A stretch of DNA of 64,000 bases from an uncultured Gammaproteobacteria bacterium. GTDB lineage: Bacteria > Patescibacteriota > Microgenomatia > Levybacterales > UBA12049. Within the stretch, counting starts at the first letter, position 1; each line of letters begins with the position of its first letter. Shown piece after piece: positions 39,794-49,987 of the stretch. The DNA is taken from NCBI GenBank assembly GCA_964416445.1, contig CAYQEE010000001.1, positions 67,676 through 131,675 on the forward strand, in the 5' to 3' direction. The position numbers were made by a program, and so were the translations under genes. The notes beneath the pieces were generated by a model. The model was given only the letters and a program-made list of their open reading frames with translations, did no database searches and had not been told where the DNA came from.

Positions 39794-41789
39794 ATCTATT
39801 CCTTTTCTTTTTTCTAGCATGTTGTTTCTTGCTATTGTAAAAATATTCTTTCACTGGATTTCACTACCCGAAATTAACGGAGGAGACTGGCCATACTATG
39901 CAAAGGGAATGTTTGAAAAATTTACGCCATTAGCACCGTTATGGACTGCTCAAGGCGGAATTGGGTTAGGTGGTGTTAATGCTGATTTTCCTATATATAG
40001 TTACTTATATTTTACCATTGGGGTTTTTGTCAATATACTTCATTTTACTTGGATTTACGTTTATAAAGTATTTTGGTTTTGGTTACCATTAGTATTTGGG
40101 GCAACAGGAATATCTTATTTATATAGAAGTTGCCAAAAAAAATCTACTTTTTGGGAAACTTCTCTTGCAGTTTTTCTCTACATAGCAAATACATACTTTC
40201 TTATGCTTGCATCTGGTGGTCAGATGGGTATTCTATTAAGTTATAGCGTTGCTCCCTTTGTTGTTGGTACGGTGATTAATTCGCTACGATCTTTTTCTGA
40301 AACAGTATCAATAGTTACTCTCATGAGGAGAGGTTTTTTATTTGGGCTTGTGGTATCGCTAGAAATGCTATTTGATCCTCGAATTACTTATTTAATGATA
40401 GGATTAGTTTTACTTTATATGCTTTTTTCTTTTTTTATAATCCGATCCATTCATATTGCTCATTATATCGGTTATGTAATCATAGGTTTTGCAACTCTTT
40501 TATTGATTCATAGCTACTGGCTATTACCGTTCTATTTTTTTAAATTGCTCGCTATACCGATGGGGATAACAAGTAGTTCAGGTTTTACTTTTTTTAGTTT
40601 TGCGGATTTTTCACATGCCTTATCTTTCTTACATCCAAACTGGCCAGAAAATATTTTTGGAAAAGTTCATTTTTTACAGCCTGAATTTCTTTTGTTTCCA
40701 TTACTTGCTTTTTTGGGACTGCTTGTTGTTAGAAAAATGCAGAAAGAAATAGGATTTGTTTATTTATTTTTTTGTTTCATAGCTCTAATTGGTGTATTTT
40801 TAGCAAAAGGGGTAAACCAACCTTTTGGAGAACTAAATTCATGGCTTTTTAATCATGTTATTGGTTTTAGCTTATTTAGAGATCCGACAAAGTATTATCT
40901 ATTCATTGCGATATCATATGCTGTAATGATTCCTTTATCTTTGAAAACGATGGTAGATTTTGGGATAAAAAGAGACTTTTTCCAATATATTTTCTTTGTT
41001 CTATTGTTAAGTATTATGCTATTTCAGATAAGACAAGCATTACAAGGTAGGTTAAACGGAACCTTTACACAGGTTTCGGTACCGCAGGATTATATTCGAT
41101 TTGGAAATTTCCTTTCTTCCCAACCAAATTTTTTTAGAGTTTTATGGATTCCTCAACAATCTCGTTTCCGATTTGAAGGTGAAAACCATCCCGTGCTTAA
41201 CGTAAATGATATTTTTAATACAACTGATCCCGTAAAAATTGCAAATAAATTACAAAGCGCTTCGGGTAGAAAGCTGGTACAAGATCTGAGTGTGAAGTAT
41301 ATTATCATTCCTTATGATAGTACCGGCGAGATTTTTCTGAATGACAGAAAATATGATAATATAAAACGACAAAATTTTATAAAGAAATTAGATAGTATAT
41401 CGTGGTTACAGAAATTTTCTATAGGTAAGATTATTGTCTACGAAGTTCCACGCTATAATGGTCATTTTGTCTTACCAAACCAAACAAACGTCCCATATAC
41501 GAGGAATTCAAGTTCTGATTATGTAGTGACTATTAACAATATATCCCCTCAATCACTGGTTTTCTCAGAAGCATATCATCCGGGGTGGATTGGAATTGTT
41601 AAAAATAGAGAAATTAGAAGTGTTCAAAATCCTGAGGGATTAAATACATTTAGATTACCTGCAGGAACCTATAAATTTCATATCATTTTTATACCGGAAA
41701 AGTATGAGAAATATTTCTACGCAATTTCATTTATTAGCTTTGTGGGAATAATGATTTTTTTACTAGGGTCTTATAAAAAGAAATTATAA
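39774..41789 (+). CDS. Large polytopic membrane protein (671 aa), third member of the GGD-motif family
   Basis: About 13 N-terminal TM helices. INGGDWPYY after TM1. C-terminal extracytoplasmic domain ending in TM anchor YAISFISFVGIMIFLLGSY. C-terminal Y/GW pattern shared with the other two. Confidence 0.5.
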   Translation: MKKILNKSIPFLFSSMLFLAIVKIFFHWISLPEINGGDWPYYAKGMFEKFTPLAPLWTAQGGIGLGGVNADFPIYSYLYFTIGVFVNILHFTWIYVYKVFWFWLPLVFGATGISYLYRSCQKKSTFWETSLAVFLYIANTYFLMLASGGQMGILLSYSVAPFVVGTVINSLRSFSETVSIVTLMRRGFLFGLVVSLEMLFDPRITYLMIGLVLLYMLFSFFIIRSIHIAHYIGYVIIGFATLLLIHSYWLLPFYFFKLLAIPMGITSSSGFTFFSFADFSHALSFLHPNWPENIFGKVHFLQPEFLLFPLLAFLGLLVVRKMQKEIGFVYLFFCFIALIGVFLAKGVNQPFGELNSWLFNHVIGFSLFRDPTKYYLFIAISYAVMIPLSLKTMVDFGIKRDFFQYIFFVLLLSIMLFQIRQALQGRLNGTFTQVSVPQDYIRFGNFLSSQPNFFRVLWIPQQSRFRFEGENHPVLNVNDIFNTTDPVKIANKLQSASGRKLVQDLSVKYIIIPYDSTGEIFLNDRKYDNIKRQNFIKKLDSISWLQKFSIGKIIVYEVPRYNGHFVLPNQTNVPYTRNSSSDYVVTINNISPQSLVFSEAYHPGWIGIVKNREIRSVQNPEGLNTFRLPAGTYKFHIIFIPEKYEKYFYAISFISFVGIMIFLLGSYKKKL

Positions 41790-43031
41790 TAATCCCATTT
41801 TTTTGAGTGCGTTTGCGTACGTATTTTCCCAGGTATTTTCTTTTGCGAAATTTATCGCCGCTTTACGATATTTTCTGTAGAGGTTTTCATCTTGCAATAG
41901 CTTAATTATTGCATTTGCATATGGTTCAGGCTGATCATTAGTTCTTATTGCACAGCCTTTTTTCTCTGCATCAATCCCTAGAGGAGGAACATGAGTTGTT
42001 ATGACTGGTTGTCCATTGGCAAAATAAAGGCGCATTTTTGTTGCGTCTGCATACCAACGTATAGAACCCGGTATAGCTCGGTAGGGAGCGAGACCAATCT
42101 GGTATTCTTGAGACATTTTTGATAGAAGATTTAAGTTACTGATAAAGCCATGCATATGAACTACTCTCTCCAATTTAAGTTTTTTTATTAACTTTTTTAC
42201 TTTTTCTTCTTCACTGACAAGTCCTGCTCCAAATATGTCAAGTGTTACATCTGGTATTGATTTTCTAACAATTGCTAATGCTTCTACAGCTAAATCAAGT
42301 CCATTTTGCGGTCCAATGGTGCCAGCAAAAAGAAGAGAATTTTTTTTCAATTTATTGATTGGTAGATAAGAAATCTGGAAAGGGAAAAGAGCATTGGGAA
42401 CTTGAATGACCGGTTTTACTTTTTGTGGATTCAGTCCTACGCTAATTCTTGCAGGAAGCATTGCAGGTGAAACATCCCAAATATAATCAGCGTGTGTTGC
42501 ACAAAATCTATCGAGCCAAAGGTAAATAGCATTAAATAGTTTTGACTGGTATCTTGTAGAAGAATAATCGGAAACATAATAAATAACTGTTTTAATTTTT
42601 CCAAGTTTTTTAAAGAATATTCCAGTAATGGTATGGATTGATTCCAGGCCAATAAACAAGTCAATTTTATTTTTTTGTAGCCAAAGAACTTGCGCGACCG
42701 TGAAGATATCGCGGAGCTTAAAAGTTGGTTGTGTTTCTAAGGTATTATGTTTTTCTAATAGTTTTTTTGATGGAAATAGATATTTTGGCTCTTCTCTTTT
42801 TACTAGTTTCCCTTTTTCATAATATTCAATTTTTGGGATAACATCGTCACTACTACCAGGATGCGTACAATCGACTAGAATAATATTTCTTGTTGTCGGT
42901 CCAAAAAATTCAAGCATTGGTTCTATCATGCCATTATTTGGAAGACGCTTTCCATTTTGCCATGCTGAAAATGAGGCAATAAAAACTGATTGAAAGTGAG
43001 GATTAATTATCTGTTTTCTGCTTTTGCCCAT
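41784..43031 (-). CDS. Glycosyltransferase family 4
   Basis: GT-B. C-terminal domain with LFAGTIGPQNGLDLAVEAL ... GQPVITTHVPPLG. Confidence 0.65.
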   Translation of the reverse strand: MGKSRKQIINPHFQSVFIASFSAWQNGKRLPNNGMIEPMLEFFGPTTRNIILVDCTHPGSSDDVIPKIEYYEKGKLVKREEPKYLFPSKKLLEKHNTLETQPTFKLRDIFTVAQVLWLQKNKIDLFIGLESIHTITGIFFKKLGKIKTVIYYVSDYSSTRYQSKLFNAIYLWLDRFCATHADYIWDVSPAMLPARISVGLNPQKVKPVIQVPNALFPFQISYLPINKLKKNSLLFAGTIGPQNGLDLAVEALAIVRKSIPDVTLDIFGAGLVSEEEKVKKLIKKLKLERVVHMHGFISNLNLLSKMSQEYQIGLAPYRAIPGSIRWYADATKMRLYFANGQPVITTHVPPLGIDAEKKGCAIRTNDQPEPYANAIIKLLQDENLYRKYRKAAINFAKENTWENTYANALKKMGLL

Positions 43032-43969
43032 GCAATGGTTTTCTCCAGTCCCATTTGAAGATTGTTATGTGGTTTCCAATTGATCGCATTTTCTAATTTA
43101 GAAATATCTGCCCTCATATGTTTCTGATCTCCTGGTCTAGCAGGAAAATAACTGATTGGATATATTTTCTGGTCTTTTTGTAAAGTATCCATAATAGTAG
43201 ATATGAGATCATGAATTGATTTATCTATACCAAAGCCAAGATTAAATACTTGATCGTATGTTTTTTCATTGTCAATACTATTGACCCAAGCGTCCACAAC
43301 ATCATCAATATAAACAAAATCTCTTGATTGTTGCCCATCACCAAATATTTTAATTGGTTCATTTCGGATGACATTTCCGATAAAGATTCCCATAACTCCT
43401 TGGTATGGATTAGTAAGACTTTGACGTGGACCATAAACATTAAACATTCGGAAAGATGTGACATTGAGTTTGCCAGGTAAGTCATTCCTCAATCCCGTAG
43501 CATGAACGAAACGTTCAGCGGCATATTTTGTTATACCGTAATACGAAATTGGAGCAGCATTATGGGTTTCCTGAACCGGTAGATTTTCTACTGGTCCATA
43601 GACAGTCATTGAACTTGCATAGAGAAGACGAGTAATTTTTGCTTCAACGCATTTCTTCACGATATTAATAGAGCCAATAAAGTTTGCTCGGACATCTGCT
43701 AACGGATCAGTAAAAGAGTTAATAGTTGATGCACATCCAGCAATATGGAACACCACATCGGGGATCTTTTCAAATGCTTTTTCAACATCATCTGAATTTG
43801 CTGTATCTCCTTGAATAAATCTTGCAGAACTTGGAATATTAGTTTTTAAGCCAGTCGAAAGATTGTCAAGTACCGTAACATCATATCCATCGGTAAGAAG
43901 TCTTTCTACCATGTGACTTCCAATAAATCCTGCTCCACCAGTAACTAGAACATGTTTTTTGCTTGCCAT
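43007..43969 (-). CDS. NAD-dependent epimerase/dehydratase (UDP-sugar 4-epimerase-like)
   Basis: [33 protein letters not shown]. Start placed at Met 43969 (MASKKHV) rather than 43990 to avoid a 39-nt divergent overlap. Confidence 0.65.
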   Translation of the reverse strand: MASKKHVLVTGGAGFIGSHMVERLLTDGYDVTVLDNLSTGLKTNIPSSARFIQGDTANSDDVEKAFEKIPDVVFHIAGCASTINSFTDPLADVRANFIGSINIVKKCVEAKITRLLYASSMTVYGPVENLPVQETHNAAPISYYGITKYAAERFVHATGLRNDLPGKLNVTSFRMFNVYGPRQSLTNPYQGVMGIFIGNVIRNEPIKIFGDGQQSRDFVYIDDVVDAWVNSIDNEKTYDQVFNLGFGIDKSIHDLISTIMDTLQKDQKIYPISYFPARPGDQKHMRADISKLENAINWKPHNNLQMGLEKTIAWAKAENR

Positions 43970-44008
43970 GTATGCTACTATTATACACATAAAATATTCT
44001 TTGTGAAG

Positions 44009-46447
44009 ATGCTAAAAAGGATAAATTTCTTTGTTAATTCCCGCTGGTTTATTGTTTTTATATGTTTACTTCTCGCAATAATTCCTTTTTTTTGGTTTAA
44101 ACCCGGGTATATCGATATTGGTGGTGATTCAAGTAGATTATATTTTTATGATCCTATTAATTTCTTAAATAGTTTTGTTCTTAATATTTTTTTACCAGAT
44201 AGTTTAGGAATAAAAAGTGGAAGTTTACATATGCTTCCCTTTATTTCTTTTCTCTCTTTGTTATTTAGTGTAGTTCGTTTCCCTTGGATTCTCAATAATG
44301 TATTTTATAGTATTAGTTTGGTAACCCCTTTTCTTGTTGTTTATGCAATTGTTAAAGAGTTCATTCAAGATTTGTGTGAGGAAAACACTCGACAATACCA
44401 AAATATCAGATATGCCTCTATTGTAGCAGGATTGTTTTATATTTTTATACCAATGTCTTCTGTGGGAGGGTGGGATTTGCCGTTAATCATTCAATCACAA
44501 CGCTTCGTATACCCCTTACTTTTCTGGCTTTTATTGAAATATCTAACAACGTCACGACAAGTTTTTCTCATAATCGCATTGCTTACGAGTTTTTTATTCG
44601 CTCATGATTTTAGTTGGGTGTCAGTTCCTAATGTTCTTGGATTTTTCTCTATCTCTCTTGTGTATTTATTGATATATATAAAATGTATAAAAAAGAAAAA
44701 AATACTAATAAAACCAATAATTTTAGCTTTTTTACTTTTTATTGTTCTCCATGCATTTCATTTACTTCCACTTTTTTTCACAATTTTTGAAAAAAATAGT
44801 GATGTGGGCAATCAACTGTTACAGGGAAGTAGATATTCGGATACTATTCAATATCTAGATAATGTTGCGAGTTATACATCTCATGGATATCAATTTATTG
44901 GTGTAACTCCATTTTCACCTTTTTCTTTCGTTAATATTTCTTTGGTAGTTTTTCCTTTATTGATTATCTTTATGCTCTATAAAAACAAAAATATATTTGT
45001 ACTTATTCCAACAATATTTTTTCTTGTTGTTTATTTTGCAGTTACCGCAAAAATTTCACAATTAGGTTTTTCTTTCTATAAGCTATTTTTTTTATTTCCT
45101 CCGCTAGTAATGTTTCGAGACTTTTATGGAAGATTGTTTGAAATATTTCTATTGTTTTATACTTTGCTAATAGGTTATGCTATGTTTATATTTTTTTCTT
45201 TAACAAAAAGTTATTTGAAGTTTGCAAGCATAATTGCTCTTGCATTTATACTGATTATAAATGCATTGCCATTTCTTTCTGGAAGTATATCAAACAGAAT
45301 TTTGACTCAAGACACCGGAGTAGTTGTAAAGAGTCGTTTGCAGATTGATCCAAATATTGAAAAAATATTGCGATATTTTAGAATGAATCCATCTTCTGCA
45401 AGAAATATCACATTACCTATAGCAGATTTTGATTACCAATTAATAGCAGGTAAAGGGAATGATGGTGTATATTTTGGTCCTTCAATGATTTCTTATCTCT
45501 CCGGAAAAGCTGATCTTGCTTCAAATTTTACGTTAAGACCATTTACTCAAGCACTTTTTAATAGCGTAAAAAATAAAGATTATCTTACTTTTGAAAATAT
45601 CTTTCCAATTTTAAATGTAGGAACAGTACTTCATAATGCAAATCCATATATTTACGAAGTTTTCAGGACATTTCCCTACAATGATGCAAAATTATACATG
45701 CCTCTAACACAAGCAGGGTATTCAGATCTTATTAATAACTTATCATTAAAAAAAATAAATGACTTTGGGAAATTTTATCACTTCTATACCGTTCCTTCTG
45801 CTTTACGCTTACCGATCATTTATCCTGCCAAAAAAGTAATATTTTTAAAACAGTCAACAAAGAGTAATTACGATGAGCGTCAATTTGCTAGTGCTGAATA
45901 CGTATTGAAAAACTTTAGACAAGATAAAAATGATAATGAGCTTCGAAAAGTCTTTTTGAATAATGACATAATGATTTCATCTCTATCCCAGCCGAATATT
46001 TCATTTTCAAAAATTAACAATTCAAAATATATTATAACTGTCGAACATGCATCAGGTCCATATGTATTGGTTTTTTCGCAATCATTTAATACAAATTGGC
46101 AATTATATACGGCAAATCAACAAACGGGAAAAAAAGAGAAAAATATAAAAATTATCCAATCATATTTTAATAACACTATTGTAGAAAGAAAAAATGAAAA
46201 TAAGATAATAGATATGAATATTCTTGAAACAATAGGAAAAACTCCAATCGCAAATACACGACATTATATGGCAAATGTTTTCGCAAATGCTTGGTATATT
46301 GTTCCTACCGATGTTTCTCATAAAACTAACTATACATTAGTTTTAGAGATGACTGATGATAGAATAATGTATGGTGGTATTCTGCTTTCTCTGATTGCAT
46401 TACTAATACTTCTTATTTGGTTAGTAAGAGAGATAAGACATAAATAA
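44009..46447 (+). CDS. Giant polytopic membrane protein (about 812 aa), paralog of 35482..39087
   Basis: IIPFFWFKPGYIDIGGDSSRLYFYDP N-terminal motif and many TM helices. Shorter extracytoplasmic domain. C-terminal anchor GGILLSLIALLILLIWLV. Start chosen at MLKRINFF (44009). The ORF track's longer start is 43952. Confidence 0.55.
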   Translation: MLKRINFFVNSRWFIVFICLLLAIIPFFWFKPGYIDIGGDSSRLYFYDPINFLNSFVLNIFLPDSLGIKSGSLHMLPFISFLSLLFSVVRFPWILNNVFYSISLVTPFLVVYAIVKEFIQDLCEENTRQYQNIRYASIVAGLFYIFIPMSSVGGWDLPLIIQSQRFVYPLLFWLLLKYLTTSRQVFLIIALLTSFLFAHDFSWVSVPNVLGFFSISLVYLLIYIKCIKKKKILIKPIILAFLLFIVLHAFHLLPLFFTIFEKNSDVGNQLLQGSRYSDTIQYLDNVASYTSHGYQFIGVTPFSPFSFVNISLVVFPLLIIFMLYKNKNIFVLIPTIFFLVVYFAVTAKISQLGFSFYKLFFLFPPLVMFRDFYGRLFEIFLLFYTLLIGYAMFIFFSLTKSYLKFASIIALAFILIINALPFLSGSISNRILTQDTGVVVKSRLQIDPNIEKILRYFRMNPSSARNITLPIADFDYQLIAGKGNDGVYFGPSMISYLSGKADLASNFTLRPFTQALFNSVKNKDYLTFENIFPILNVGTVLHNANPYIYEVFRTFPYNDAKLYMPLTQAGYSDLINNLSLKKINDFGKFYHFYTVPSALRLPIIYPAKKVIFLKQSTKSNYDERQFASAEYVLKNFRQDKNDNELRKVFLNNDIMISSLSQPNISFSKINNSKYIITVEHASGPYVLVFSQSFNTNWQLYTANQQTGKKEKNIKIIQSYFNNTIVERKNENKIIDMNILETIGKTPIANTRHYMANVFANAWYIVPTDVSHKTNYTLVLEMTDDRIMYGGILLSLIALLILLIWLVREIRHK

Positions 46448-46448
46448 T

Positions 46449-46757
46449 ATGAGATTATTAAAATATATATTGATATTACTATTTTTCTTCACTCTCTTTT
46501 TTGATCTTCAACATTATGCTAATGATAATGATGTTACGCTGCTGATTATATTGTTACTTGGATTTTTTCTAACTTATATCTATCAATTGGAAAGTAGGGT
46601 AACATTTATTTTTTCAGGATTCCTACTTTTCGTTTTTTGTTGGCAAGTTGTAAATAAAAGTGACCCTATTTTATTAGGAAGAATTACGCTTTGGGTGTAC
46701 TTTTTTATTGTATTTGGAGTTATACAGCAATTTTTTGAATTAAAAAAGAAAAAATGA
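46449..46757 (+). CDS. Small 3-TM membrane protein, paralog of 35139..35480
   Basis: 102 aa. Conserved C-terminal W.YF....GVIQQ..EL motif. Confidence 0.5.
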   Translation: MRLLKYILILLFFFTLFFDLQHYANDNDVTLLIILLLGFFLTYIYQLESRVTFIFSGFLLFVFCWQVVNKSDPILLGRITLWVYFFIVFGVIQQFFELKKKK

Positions 46758-46759
46758 TT

Positions 46760-47833
46760 TTATGCTGCGTATTTTTTTATTTCAGGAGTAATTCCAATCA
46801 ATTTCAAAAAATAATAGTAAAGTATCATAGAAGCAGTATAAAAAGTGAGTAGCCAATGGATCAAATATATAGTTTTTCTTCTTGTTATACTTAAATGGAT
46901 AGAATCTATTATGGGAAGGATAAGAGAAAAGGAATAGGGAATAAACCAGTTTTTTTTTGATCTAGTTGCAGAATACTTTTCCCTTCCTGAGTAGCCTCCT
47001 TTACCCATGGACGTTAAAAAGATATTAAATTTTACTCGAGAAGCAATTTTTTTTAAATATTTTCTCAGTGATTCCGACGAATAATGTATGGTATTATCAT
47101 TTTTTGTAACAGCGAGTAATTTGTTTTGCTTAGTCAGCAAATAAAAAAGATGAGGTAATATATCGGGTGATTGTTTTATTTGCTTGGTATATTTTTTTAG
47201 ATAAGTTAAATCAACCATACATCCTCCAGCCCATAATTCAATAAGAGGTAAATGCTTAATTTTTGAAAAATCAAATATAATACTATTATTATCTTCTTTG
47301 ACTATGATAATATTATATTTTTTTGACATTTCTTTTATCATTTGGTCACTATACTTGCTCTCTCTATAAATAAAATAGGAAAAAGGATCTCCAAATTCAT
47401 TGACATAGTGATTTATTTCAGAATAGAAGGCAGGTGTTTTGTAACCAGATGTCATTACCATTTTTACTCTACTCGAACTTTGAAATGCTTTATACTTAAT
47501 AAAGAAACTCCTCGTATTCTCCAATACCTCATCACTATCAAGAAACATGAGATATTTACCTTTAGCGGTAAGAAATCCTAATTGTTTTGCATAAGTTAAT
47601 TCAATTTTTGAGCTATACAAAAATTTGCATGAATATCTTTTAGCTATTTTTTTCGTGTTATCAGTTGATCCAGCATCTATGACCAATACCTCTATTTTCT
47701 TCGAGGGATAGGTTTGGTTTTTAATAGACTCGAGGGTTTTTGGCAATGTTTTTTCCGAGTTCAAAGTTGCTATAACTACACTAATCAACGGATAATTCAT
47801 AAAATATAAGCTATTACCAATTTCCTTTTCCAA
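46760..47833 (-). CDS. Glycosyltransferase family 2 with C-terminal TM helix
   Basis: ISVVIATLNSEKTLPKTLESI ... VLVIDAGSTDNT ... FLDSDE. Confidence 0.75.
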   Translation of the reverse strand: MEKEIGNSLYFMNYPLISVVIATLNSEKTLPKTLESIKNQTYPSKKIEVLVIDAGSTDNTKKIAKRYSCKFLYSSKIELTYAKQLGFLTAKGKYLMFLDSDEVLENTRSFFIKYKAFQSSSRVKMVMTSGYKTPAFYSEINHYVNEFGDPFSYFIYRESKYSDQMIKEMSKKYNIIIVKEDNNSIIFDFSKIKHLPLIELWAGGCMVDLTYLKKYTKQIKQSPDILPHLFYLLTKQNKLLAVTKNDNTIHYSSESLRKYLKKIASRVKFNIFLTSMGKGGYSGREKYSATRSKKNWFIPYSFSLILPIIDSIHLSITRRKTIYLIHWLLTFYTASMILYYYFLKLIGITPEIKKYAA

Positions 47834-48395
47834 TATCTAATGATTTCTTGTTATATACTATCTTCATGAGTAATAATGTAGAGATAGGAGTAGGTGATGC
47901 AACCATTCCATTTTTTTGGAAGTATCGTTTTCCTGATCTTCCAATAAATGTATGTTTTCTCTTAAGCAAATGAAACCCAAATCGGCTGTAGTAATTACTT
48001 AACCGTTGATCTTCAATTTGTAAATATATTATATTACATCCTGCATTTTTTAAAGTATCCATAGCTTTTCGCATTAAAAGTGTACCAATTCCCTTTCTTT
48101 GTTTGCTTTTTTTTACCCAAAATCCTCCAATACCACCTAAGACAATTGGCGTATTATCAAAAGTAATATTTCTTTTTAACAACGTTAATCCTCCAACAAT
48201 ATTTTTACTTTCAAATGCTAATAAATAAGCAAACCTATCATGTTCACTGCAATACTGTTCATAATGTTTCATTTTTTCTTCTGGTGAATAGAGTATATTG
48301 CTTAATTCATATGTTTCTTTTTTTAATAAAAATGCAATTTGAGCTAAATCAGTGGGTAAAGTAACATATGATTTAATAATAACTTGATTCATCGT
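47814..48395 (-). CDS. GNAT-family N-acetyltransferase
   Basis: Acetyl-CoA binding motif A KQRKGIGTLLMRKAMDTLKNAG. Start moved to Met 48395 (MNQVIIK), abutting the upstream aminotransferase stop. The ORF-track start 48470 would overlap by 73 nt. Confidence 0.65.
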   Translation of the reverse strand, partial: TMNQVIIKSYVTLPTDLAQIAFLLKKETYELSNILYSPEEKMKHYEQYCSEHDRFAYLLAFESKNIVGGLTLLKRNITFDNTPIVLGGIGGFWVKKSKQRKGIGTLLMRKAMDTLKNAGCNIIYLQIEDQRLSNYYSRFGFHLLKRKHTFIGRSGKRYFQKNGMVASPTPISTLLLMKIVYNKKSLDIGKGNW

Positions 48396-48397
48396 GT

Positions 48398-49489
48398 TTA
48401 TTCTTTTAAGAATTTCATTATTGAGGAAGAAATAAAATCTACTTGTTCTAATTCTAAATATGGATGGCAAGGTATTGAAAGTATTTCTTGTACGAATTTT
48501 CTAGAAACATCTAAGTTATCAATCGATTTCTTAAAAAAAGGTTGATCAGGTATAATTAAAGGATAATGAATTGAACTTGGTATCTGCTTTTGAGATAAAA
48601 AAGCTTGTAAATCATTCCTTCTTGTTGTCCTAATGACAAAAAGGTGAAAATTTGAGTTTGTAATAAATGGAGTAATTATTTTAAGAGCAGGATGTTTCAA
48701 ATTTTTTACGTAATTATTTGCAATTGAGATTCTCTTTTGATTTTTTTCGTCTAAAAAAGATAATTTTGTAGTTAAAAAAGCAGCTTGTAATTCATCAAGC
48801 CTACTATTCAAACCCATTCGGGTATGGTGATATTTGCTACTTTGGCCATAATCTCTAATCTCATAACAAATTTTTGCTATATTAACATTATTCGTAACTA
48901 TGGCTCCGCCATCTCCAAAACATCCTAAATTTTTCGTTGGATAAAAGCTAAAACATCCAATATCTCCTAACGTCCCTAATTTTTTATCTTCATAAGTAGA
49001 ACCATGAGCTTGACATGCATCTTCAATTAAATATAGTTTATACTTTTTACAAATGTTTTTAATTTTCTTTAAATTTACGCTGTTTCCATATAGATGCACA
49101 GGCAAAATTGCTTTTGTATTTTTAGTTATAAACTGGGGAATGAGATCCGCATTCATTAAACCATATTCGTTCGTATCAACAAAAATTGGTTTTGCACCGG
49201 TTGCCATAATTGCTAAAGTTGTTGCCACTGCTGAAACGGGAGTCGTTATAACTTCATCACCTTTGCCGATTCCTAATGTCAGCAGTGCGATTTGTAATGC
49301 TTCAAGTCCGTTAGCAACACCTATACAGTAGTTAACCTTGAGATATTGAGCAAATTTTTGCTCGAAGTTTTTTACTTCCTTATTGAGAACATAATTTCCT
49401 GATGATAAAACTTTGTCAAATATTTTTTTAAATTCATTTTTGTGTTGTTTTACCTCACTTTGGAAATCTATAAATTTTATAGGTTTCAT
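48398..49489 (-). CDS. DegT/DnrJ/EryC1/StrS-family PLP-dependent sugar aminotransferase (FdtB/QdtB-like)
   Basis: 363 aa. Colinear with nucleotide-sugar 3- or 4-aminotransferases. Family-typical blocks SFYPTKNLGCFGDGGAIVTN and MGLNSRLDELQAAF. Confidence 0.8.
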   Translation of the reverse strand: MKPIKFIDFQSEVKQHKNEFKKIFDKVLSSGNYVLNKEVKNFEQKFAQYLKVNYCIGVANGLEALQIALLTLGIGKGDEVITTPVSAVATTLAIMATGAKPIFVDTNEYGLMNADLIPQFITKNTKAILPVHLYGNSVNLKKIKNICKKYKLYLIEDACQAHGSTYEDKKLGTLGDIGCFSFYPTKNLGCFGDGGAIVTNNVNIAKICYEIRDYGQSSKYHHTRMGLNSRLDELQAAFLTTKLSFLDEKNQKRISIANNYVKNLKHPALKIITPFITNSNFHLFVIRTTRRNDLQAFLSQKQIPSSIHYPLIIPDQPFFKKSIDNLDVSRKFVQEILSIPCHPYLELEQVDFISSSIMKFLKE

Positions 49490-49899
49490 TTCTTTTTAAT
49501 ATAATACAAGAATTCGTTATAATTACGAATATAATCCTCTGGATCATATGGTTTCGATGCTAGCACTAATAAGATTGTGCTTTTTCGAAAGTTATGCATC
49601 TCATGCCAAATTTTATTATTAATGACAAGTCCTTCTTCCGGTTTATCTAAAATTACTTCCTCTTTTTTCTTTCCATTATTGAGGACAATTCGGATGCTTC
49701 CTTGGATGCAAAAGAGAATTTGTTTTGTTTTTTTATGAGCATGATATCCACGAGGAAGATTTGTTGTTCGTTTAAAAATATAATAAACTCGTTTAATAGG
49801 AAAAGTAATATGATCTGGATTTTGCATAAAGCAGAGATAACATTCATCGAAGATTTTTGGAATAGTGATATATTGGACTAGCTGATCCTTTTTGGTCAT
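49486..49899 (-). CDS. dTDP-4-dehydro-6-deoxyglucose 3,4-ketoisomerase (FdtA/WxcM-like cupin)
   Basis: 137 aa cupin. RGYHAHKKTKQILFCIQGSIRIVL resembles the FdtA His-containing active-site block. Directly upstream of, and overlapping, the aminotransferase. Confidence 0.65.
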   Translation of the reverse strand: MTKKDQLVQYITIPKIFDECYLCFMQNPDHITFPIKRVYYIFKRTTNLPRGYHAHKKTKQILFCIQGSIRIVLNNGKKKEEVILDKPEEGLVINNKIWHEMHNFRKSTILLVLASKPYDPEDYIRNYNEFLYYIKKK

Positions 49900-49987
49900 T
49901 GGAGATGTACAATAAATAAAACCTTTCTTATTATATACTGTTCGTACTTATTTAGCAATGAATAAAGTATAATTTTTACATTTCTAT

